Positions 17,056 through 23,322 of a stretch of DNA of 23,322 nucleotides are shown piece after piece. The notes below the pieces were generated by a model. It did no database searches and had not been told where the DNA came from. It was given only the letters and a program-made list of their open reading frames with translations. Origin of the DNA: a virus (lineage: Duplodnaviria > Heunggongvirae > Uroviricota > Caudoviricetes); IMG/VR virus record IMGVR_UViG_650377940_000003, positions 1-23,322 of that record; one strand, written 5' to 3'. Position numbers and translations under genes: made by a program. Numbering within the stretch: position 1 is the stretch's first letter; each line of letters begins with the position of its first letter.

Positions 17056-19869
17056 TTAAGTATCTTTCTTATTATCGATATATTTTTCTTTGAGGACATT
17101 CTCATAAGTGATATAAGGATAATACGGATAATAGCGGCTCAATGTAACATTCATTGTGCCTTCTCCAATGTTTTTATCTATCTTTTTAATAATCCACTCA
17201 ACTGCAATATCAGACTTCAGGTACTTCGCTGCGTATTTTACCTTTTCATTCACATCAAGCCACGGGATCATGTGCATACTCAACGTGATGGAATCCGTTA
17301 GTCTGCAATTTTTCCATAGCGTGTATTTGCATACTGTCATGGCTGATTCGTCTGATGTATATCCGTCAAACTCGCTACCCGAGCACACAAGGTTTCTTCG
17401 CCCGATTTTATCAATTGTCAACCGACTGTTGTACAAGTCATCAATGCGGTTTGGGTCATTTACGACAACGTACTCAAGGTTGTCACATGCCTCCGCAATT
17501 TTGTCTGCCTCAATTTGTTTTGCGGTCGGCATCGCATCCACAAACTTCGTCATAGCATGAGACTGAGACTGACCAATAAAATAGACCCGGCTCTCAACAA
17601 GAAGAGCAGGGTCTGATATCTCAGTCTCGGTATTTGTGGCTGGATTGTACTTTATATATTTTGTTTCGTAACACTTTGTTTCTGTGTTGTAAACTTCTTT
17701 CGGGTAATAACGCACTTGTGGGTCGCGAGGTTCCTTTTCATATTTGCCAGTAAGTGTGTTGAATTTGTATGTGAACGCGCCGTCAGTTGCCTGATTTAAC
17801 CAACGTTCACCATATGTGATAACATAATAACGTCCTTTTTTAAGTATTGATGTATCTTCTGGCTCGTCCTCGCCGTTCTCATTCGTAACGGCTTGGAACA
17901 GCATCATTGGAGCATAAACTGCGCGACTGACGTCTTTATATTCGCTATTATCTTTAGGATTTGTCTTAATAGTCGTAATAAGATTTTCAATACAAATGCG
18001 TGCATCTATCGAAATATCTTCAGGACACACAAATGAAAATCTTGTGCCGTCGCTGATGGATGCCTGCTTCAATTTTAACCACAAAATAGATGCGCCCGTA
18101 TCGTCAGGGTCCATATTATAACTCATATTCAGTTCGTTATTTTTGATAAGCGCTACAACATCATCCCACTCTTTTGTTCCTTTTTTACAATACACGACCT
18201 CGCCAGTACCATCTGGGTCGTTCTTCTCAAGTTTGTCTTTGTCTTTGCAGAAGTAATCGCTGGAGTTTGATGCACCCCATACTTCTACACAGTTATGGAT
18301 CTGACTGTAATCAACACTGGCATCTTCACTGATAACCATACTCTTAAATGTATCCTCATCCAGAACAACGGGGTCGTCATAACCTGACGGAATTTCTTTG
18401 CACACAAAAGTATCGTCATCAAAATACATTTCGAAAGGAAAGTATAGGTCTCTTAGTTCCGTAAGAATATTCCAGATAGTCGTGCCGGTATTATATTCTA
18501 GGTCGTGCGGAATACGTCGTACCCAGTAGTCTACCATACTCTTTGTCAGCCCTGAAAGCTCAAATGTCTCCTTAATGGAATCGCGAACATAGTGCGGCTT
18601 CTTTTTGTCATCTTCGTAATAGTTGACCCCATCCTTAACCACAAGCTTGCGGTCATACATCGGAATGCGCGTTGCGTATCCGGTCAGTGTTCCACCAAGC
18701 GTGCCGTCAAGCAAACAGGTCATATCAAGGCAAGAAAGACTCAGTTTATTCGTTGTTGCGTTATAACTGTATCCGTTCTGCTGTATTGCGTATACGCCAG
18801 CGCCATACCAGTGTACACCATCTGTATCCACAAAGTTCGTGCCAGTTCGTATTTCAGCTTCACCAGAGTATAAAGCGTGATAGAAGTTATATATCTGAGT
18901 TAAACCATCCTTCAGTTCCCATATTGTCTCTTGAATATCGTGCATAGAGTAACCAACAAATACACTTGTGTCATGGAAATATTTATCAAGCTCATCTTTT
19001 GTACAGCCAGCAATCGCTGCAACGTCAGCTGCAGATAATGTTTTCCCGGCTGCGATGCCACCCTCTACAGCAGCAATCATATTCTTTACACGTACTGTTT
19101 TCCCATAAATCGTACAGTCAACACCAAAACTATCAAGTTCAAGTATTTTACTTTGTAAAGTTGTACTATCTCTTTGAACTGCATCACAAGCCGCATTGAA
19201 AATCACTTCAATATAAGACCTGATATCTGCATTCAGCAGCGGAATAATAACATCTCCTCCGCCTATCAGTAGTGGAGTGTATGCAATCTCATACGTCTTG
19301 CCATTTGTTGTATAACCATCCGAAGATGCAACAACGGTCGAATAGGTTCCAACATCTCCTTGCTCTTTCACAAAAGATGCATATTTCTTTTTGTTCTCAT
19401 CGGTCCAAATAATACGCTTACGGTTTATATTTTCGATATTGCCATACTGTTCATAACCGCCAACCTTGTATCTCCACTTTGCTTGCCTTAACTCTGTGTC
19501 CTTTTCTTTGTATATCGCACTATTTTTGATTTTTGCATCGATCTCTTCTTCTGATATTCTTACCGCATCAGCTCCAACTAGTGGGATGCTCGTTGGAGCT
19601 TTCATACCAATCTGTAGGCGCAACATCTTGCTCGTCCACTCCTCTGTGGAGAACTGAGAAATGGAGAATCCACTCTTCGGGAAAATATCAAGATTGAAAG
19701 TGCGCCGTGTATCTGAGTCTGCGTCAATCGAGTTAGAACCACTTAATGCAAGCCCCTCGATCGTATCAATAATCTGGTAGTCCTTATTCAGCAGTTCAAT
19801 ACGACAATATAATCTTTTTGACCGGCTTTTCAGTAAGGCCAGATCTTCTTCTGTAGGTAAGTAAGTCAT
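17056..19869 (-). CDS. Tail hub / Tal-like minor structural protein (DUF5048-like N-terminus) with a large insertion
   Basis: DSDTRRTFNL, WYGAGVY, LSLSCLDMTCLLDGTLGG, IWNILTELRDLYF..EMYFD, IHNCVEVWG and IPWLDVNEKV...WIIKKI...TMNVTL fit prophage tail hub proteins. Position in the tail operon agrees. Confidence 0.65.
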   Translation of the reverse strand: MTYLPTEEDLALLKSRSKRLYCRIELLNKDYQIIDTIEGLALSGSNSIDADSDTRRTFNLDIFPKSGFSISQFSTEEWTSKMLRLQIGMKAPTSIPLVGADAVRISEEEIDAKIKNSAIYKEKDTELRQAKWRYKVGGYEQYGNIENINRKRIIWTDENKKKYASFVKEQGDVGTYSTVVASSDGYTTNGKTYEIAYTPLLIGGGDVIIPLLNADIRSYIEVIFNAACDAVQRDSTTLQSKILELDSFGVDCTIYGKTVRVKNMIAAVEGGIAAGKTLSAADVAAIAGCTKDELDKYFHDTSVFVGYSMHDIQETIWELKDGLTQIYNFYHALYSGEAEIRTGTNFVDTDGVHWYGAGVYAIQQNGYSYNATTNKLSLSCLDMTCLLDGTLGGTLTGYATRIPMYDRKLVVKDGVNYYEDDKKKPHYVRDSIKETFELSGLTKSMVDYWVRRIPHDLEYNTGTTIWNILTELRDLYFPFEMYFDDDTFVCKEIPSGYDDPVVLDEDTFKSMVISEDASVDYSQIHNCVEVWGASNSSDYFCKDKDKLEKNDPDGTGEVVYCKKGTKEWDDVVALIKNNELNMSYNMDPDDTGASILWLKLKQASISDGTRFSFVCPEDISIDARICIENLITTIKTNPKDNSEYKDVSRAVYAPMMLFQAVTNENGEDEPEDTSILKKGRYYVITYGERWLNQATDGAFTYKFNTLTGKYEKEPRDPQVRYYPKEVYNTETKCYETKYIKYNPATNTETEISDPALLVESRVYFIGQSQSHAMTKFVDAMPTAKQIEADKIAEACDNLEYVVVNDPNRIDDLYNSRLTIDKIGRRNLVCSGSEFDGYTSDESAMTVCKYTLWKNCRLTDSITLSMHMIPWLDVNEKVKYAAKYLKSDIAVEWIIKKIDKNIGEGTMNVTLSRYYPYYPYITYENVLKEKYIDNKKDT

Positions 19870-19880
19870 GGCCCACCTCC

Positions 19881-21236
19881 TTAAATCAACCCAGCGTTCT
19901 TCATATTGTCGCCGTTATTCAAATCGCCAGTCTCTACAAAATCAAACGAAATTGCTACCTTATCCGGGTGCTCATCGTCTGAGTAAGAAACATTTCCATT
20001 CACATTCATCAGCCATGCACGGCCATCGTACATCTTCAATACTTTTGGTTTTTTGTTCGTTAGCCAATTGATAAAAGTTTCCCGATAGTCAATAGATCCA
20101 TCAAAATCAAACGCATCATTGGCGCGATCCCACTTGATAATAACACCAGAGAAGTTGCCGCTATAATAATTTGCCTCACTACCATAAAATACGATGGGAT
20201 ACTTGCTTCCCAAGGTCGTCTCCACAGACGCTTCTTGATTGCGCGTAATATTCGTGACGGCTGGCTCAAGACCAACATAATATGATATGTCTTTATCCAT
20301 TAGCCATGCTCCGTCAAAATCGCTTACGGCACTTGTAGATATGTACACTTGTTCAATTTCATCCACAACAGGAACTGCCATGTATTGATATTTCGTCTTC
20401 CTGCCGCGTGCGAATTTGTCATAGCATACAATCAAAATAGGCTCAACGGAACTTGTGATTTTCTTTTCATAAATCGTAATCCAGTCGTATTTGCCAACCT
20501 CTCTACGTTTTACGCGAATAGAGTCAAAATTATTAGGCTCGTCCGCGCTTTTCGTAACGGTAAGCTTGATTCTACCTTCTCTTTTTTCATTTTCTGCCAC
20601 AATTTCAAGCTTCTGCAGTTGTCCGTCATACTCAATTCTGAATGCGCAAAAATCCGTGTCCAGAACATATCCGTTCACAGTTTCTCCAACTGCTCGCACA
20701 TAGTACACCTTATTATTATCAAGGCTTTCTACGTTGAACGCATGTGAAATAGAGCCGTGGTATATCTCCTCGTGCAGCAAAGTCTTGTCTGAATCATAAA
20801 GCTGATATTTATAAAGATTCAGTGTCTCGCCCTCTTCTTCGATGTTTTTATATTCGACATTAAAGGAAAAAGCAGGGAAGGGAATCGTCTTTTCAGCGCG
20901 CGCTTCCACATCAACAAACTTTAACACCGGTTTTTCATGGCAATAAAAAAGAACGGCATCGCTTAAATCACTTTTCTTGCCGTTCTGATTTGTTACTGCA
21001 ATTTTAAGATAGTAGGGGAGTAGTCTGTTATGTACAAGGTTCGCTGGCAGCATAAACATACGCACAGAAGATGAACCACTGGTTTTCACTGTCTGGTCAA
21101 CAATAATATTGCCGGAGGCGTTGTCGTAGATAATATACTCCACTTCATTGATCGTGTCATCGTAGCATGTGTACCGCACGATATTTTCCCGCGTAGCGTC
21201 TATCACGGAAAATTTTGAAATTATCGGTTTCGCCAA
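19881..21236 (-). CDS. Distal-tail (Dit)-like protein with N-terminal FN3/Ig-like domains
   Basis: TTG start with an AGGAGGT RBS. FN3-like YYVRAVGET and YQYMAVPV; C-terminal TLGSKYPIV...WLTNKKPKVLKMYDGR...ISFDFVETGD. Confidence 0.55.
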   Translation of the reverse strand: MAKPIISKFSVIDATRENIVRYTCYDDTINEVEYIIYDNASGNIIVDQTVKTSGSSSVRMFMLPANLVHNRLLPYYLKIAVTNQNGKKSDLSDAVLFYCHEKPVLKFVDVEARAEKTIPFPAFSFNVEYKNIEEEGETLNLYKYQLYDSDKTLLHEEIYHGSISHAFNVESLDNNKVYYVRAVGETVNGYVLDTDFCAFRIEYDGQLQKLEIVAENEKREGRIKLTVTKSADEPNNFDSIRVKRREVGKYDWITIYEKKITSSVEPILIVCYDKFARGRKTKYQYMAVPVVDEIEQVYISTSAVSDFDGAWLMDKDISYYVGLEPAVTNITRNQEASVETTLGSKYPIVFYGSEANYYSGNFSGVIIKWDRANDAFDFDGSIDYRETFINWLTNKKPKVLKMYDGRAWLMNVNGNVSYSDDEHPDKVAISFDFVETGDLNNGDNMKNAGLI

Positions 21237-21248
21237 TTTAACACCTCC

Positions 21249-23099
21249 TTATTTTACGCCATATATCTCACATGGAATAATCAAATCGTTATTTGTTGTA
21301 ATGGCCGTCTCACCAGAGCTTTGTGCGTCAAAGAATGTAATTTCAGTGCAATATTTATTATTCTTTTCATATGCTTTTACATAGAACGGACGGAAAGCAC
21401 TTTTTATACTTGTGTCAGAATTGTATGATACATTTGGAGTAGAATTGTCGCCAGTGCTCAAATCATAAATCATACACAGCTTCGGCGTATTCATAGTGGC
21501 GCAATGATATTCTGCACCACTCCATTCACCTGCGACTGGTTTCGACACAATAACAGAAACTTTGCTCAAATATTCGAGCACCCGTTTTGTTGCAGCACTC
21601 TCTGAATCAATCTCAACAACTTCTCTCTCTTTGTAGCCACGGAAGACAAAAATATATTCTGAATAATCGCTGTCCGCTTCAAAAGTCAACTTGTTCTCTT
21701 CGCCAACAGCAGAGTATGCATCTTTTGAATCGTTCTTCCATAATGGCTGGAAAATCTGCCCAGCCTTCAACTTATCCACAGTAATAGTATCAGTGGTGAT
21801 TTTATCCCCAGAAACTTGCGTAAGGCTGTTGTTTACAGAGGTGGAATCAAGCGCCACTTTACCATTTTTGTCAACAGATATAGCACCAGTCAAGTTAAGC
21901 TTTGTCGCCTTGATTTTTACAGTATTTGTACTCTGGTTTATCAAAGTAGCAATGTTTTTTCCAGTATAATCTGTCTTAGCCACCTTTGAATCAATGCTTT
22001 CAGTTGCTGTTTTGATGTGCTCTTCGAGCTTTTTATTTGCGTTCAGTTCTGCAGTATCCGCATACTTTTGAGCTTCAGTTTTTGTGGCACACAGTACGAT
22101 GGCATTCTCGTTTTTTGAAATTTTAGATTCTGTCAGCGAAATTCTTGTATTTAGCCCGCTCATGTCCTCGTTGTATTTTTTAGTGGTTACGCGGGCTTCA
22201 ATCTGCTGCTTTGTACTCTCCAAATCAGAATTATATTCCGTTTTAAAACTTACAAGGTCACCATCTATTTTGCCAGCGGCATCCAATGCCTCGTCTGCTT
22301 TTGTATCATCCGTATATTTTAGTGCCACAGCCCAGTCCGTTCGGCTAAAACTTTCAGTCGTGGTTCTTGTTGTCTGGCATACGAGCATTTTATTATCGCC
22401 AGAACTATTTGCCCAGATATCGCCACGACTATACGGGGGAGCAGGTGTCATAAAGAAAACACGTTTCGAACCATTCGCGGTCTCGTCTTCAAGGCTTGCC
22501 GCTCTTAAAACTTTCAGTAAGTTTTTATCTTCAAGACTCACCCATACAAAAGTATCCTCCCACCTGTACGCATCGCCAGCCTTTATGTCATAATAAAGAT
22601 CTCCAACGTGTAGTCGTTTTGCATCATCGGTTGCCCAGTTTACTGTTGGCACTGTGTCTATAGAAGGCGCTCCGTTGTAAAACCACAAACTAAGCTGTCC
22701 GTCTATCTGGTCTTTTAGCGTTAAAAATTCACTGACATCTGTGTATTTGACAATCGTATCAGCAAAATCTGTATCAATAAAAGTGGACAGCTGATTGCCA
22801 ACCACGTTAACTTTGCTATCCACTGTTTTCATTGTACCAATATTATCGGGGGAACATACCAGCCGCTTCATATCGCCCTGCAACGCAGTCACAACCACAC
22901 TTTGTCCAACCGTATAAATCTGGTCAGAAGTAATGTTGTATTGGCTTCCAAACACGGATATCGTGTATGTATTCCCATTCACCGCAGTTACCACGCCAGT
23001 CTGCGATTTGTCAAATTTTGCATCGTTGAGTTTCTTTTCAATCGTGTCTATGATGACTTTGCTCAAAACGTCGATTGCATCTTGACTATTTTGTGACAT
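21249..23099 (-). CDS. Tail spike/fibre-like protein (616 aa): N-terminal OB-fold-like domain, coiled coil, gp58-like segment
   Basis: FDKSQTGVVTAVNGNTYTISVFG (OB-like); QIDG...HVGDLYYD...AYRW...PPYSRGDIW...KYTDDT tail motif; LINQSTNTVKIKATKLNLTG. AAGGAGG RBS. Confidence 0.65.
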   Translation of the reverse strand: MSQNSQDAIDVLSKVIIDTIEKKLNDAKFDKSQTGVVTAVNGNTYTISVFGSQYNITSDQIYTVGQSVVVTALQGDMKRLVCSPDNIGTMKTVDSKVNVVGNQLSTFIDTDFADTIVKYTDVSEFLTLKDQIDGQLSLWFYNGAPSIDTVPTVNWATDDAKRLHVGDLYYDIKAGDAYRWEDTFVWVSLEDKNLLKVLRAASLEDETANGSKRVFFMTPAPPYSRGDIWANSSGDNKMLVCQTTRTTTESFSRTDWAVALKYTDDTKADEALDAAGKIDGDLVSFKTEYNSDLESTKQQIEARVTTKKYNEDMSGLNTRISLTESKISKNENAIVLCATKTEAQKYADTAELNANKKLEEHIKTATESIDSKVAKTDYTGKNIATLINQSTNTVKIKATKLNLTGAISVDKNGKVALDSTSVNNSLTQVSGDKITTDTITVDKLKAGQIFQPLWKNDSKDAYSAVGEENKLTFEADSDYSEYIFVFRGYKEREVVEIDSESAATKRVLEYLSKVSVIVSKPVAGEWSGAEYHCATMNTPKLCMIYDLSTGDNSTPNVSYNSDTSIKSAFRPFYVKAYEKNNKYCTEITFFDAQSSGETAITTNNDLIIPCEIYGVK

Positions 23100-23115
23100 C
23101 TCGTCCCTCCTTTAT

Positions 23116-23174
23116 AAATATATACTCGATCTCAACCTACCCAACCCACCCTGAGCCAAGTATACTTCGTATTT
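23116..23174 (-). promoter_or_regulatory. Stem-loop with a G-quadruplex-like loop in the leader of the 616-aa gene
   Basis: Minus strand TATACTTGG-CTCA [GGGTGGGTTGGGTAGGT] TGAG-A-TCGAGTATA forms a 13-bp stem with one bulge and ends just upstream of the RBS. Confidence 0.55.
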
Positions 23175-23194
23175 ATTTTTGCTTATTGCACTGC

Positions 23195-23322
23195 TTAACG
23201 TCTATTCAGTTCCTGTACAACCTTGTTCGGCAGACGATTTACTAACTCACGAGCCAGTGCATCGCTATCACCAACAGGATTGTTTACATTCACATCACCA
23301 ATAGACAGAGAAATACCACCGG
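23195..23322 (-). CDS. C-terminal fragment of a probable tape-measure protein (partial)
   Basis: Reads ...GGISLSIGDVNVNNPVGDSDALARELVNRLPNKVVQELNRR* (TAA 23195-23197). A beta-strand then amphipathic helix is typical of tape-measure C-termini, and the position precedes the tail-tip genes. Confidence 0.6.
   Translation of the reverse strand, partial: GGISLSIGDVNVNNPVGDSDALARELVNRLPNKVVQELNRR

Larger units (their letters stand above)
817..23322 (-). mobile_element. Phage/prophage late module (tail tip, fibres, lysis)
   Basis: Co-oriented, tightly packed tail, fibre, holin and endolysin genes. No integrase or att site is visible in the window. Confidence 0.95.

Noticed and set aside
29-23096. 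Numerous plus-strand ORFs and nested minus-strand ORFs of 60-290 aa
   Set aside because: They overlap well-supported minus-strand genes and show no recognisable motifs, so they are treated as shadows.
1-23322. CRISPR array, tRNA, IS element, or DGR template repeat/reverse transcriptase
   Set aside because: All intergenic gaps are under about 130 bp and accounted for. No regularly spaced repeats, cloverleaf, transposase or RT motifs were found by eye.

Overview
A 23.3-kb late (tail plus lysis) module of a tailed phage or prophage, probably from a gut Firmicute/Clostridia host (inferred from the AGGAGG RBSs and gene families), almost entirely on the minus strand. In transcription order: the C-terminal end of a probable tape-measure protein; an OB-fold spike/fibre (616 aa); a Dit-like protein (451 aa); a hub/Tal-like protein with a ~255-aa insertion (937 aa); a 2267-aa multidomain tail protein (BppU-like, CotH-kinase-like, LRR, B-repeats, DUF6273-like C-terminus); XkdW/XkdX-like small proteins; six consecutive fibre-segment genes whose termini carry matching motifs, one interrupted by an in-frame TAA; a DUF4376-like protein; a CmpB-like membrane protein; two holin-type genes; an M15 peptidase endolysin; and an intact type I aroD with its own sigma-70 promoter. 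Non-coding highlights are a compact antisense sRNA unit (promoter, hairpin, terminator) at the entrance to the lysis cassette, two intrinsic terminators inside the late operon, and a stem-loop with a G-quadruplex-like loop upstream of the 616-aa gene. All family calls come from motif recognition by eye; no searches were run.
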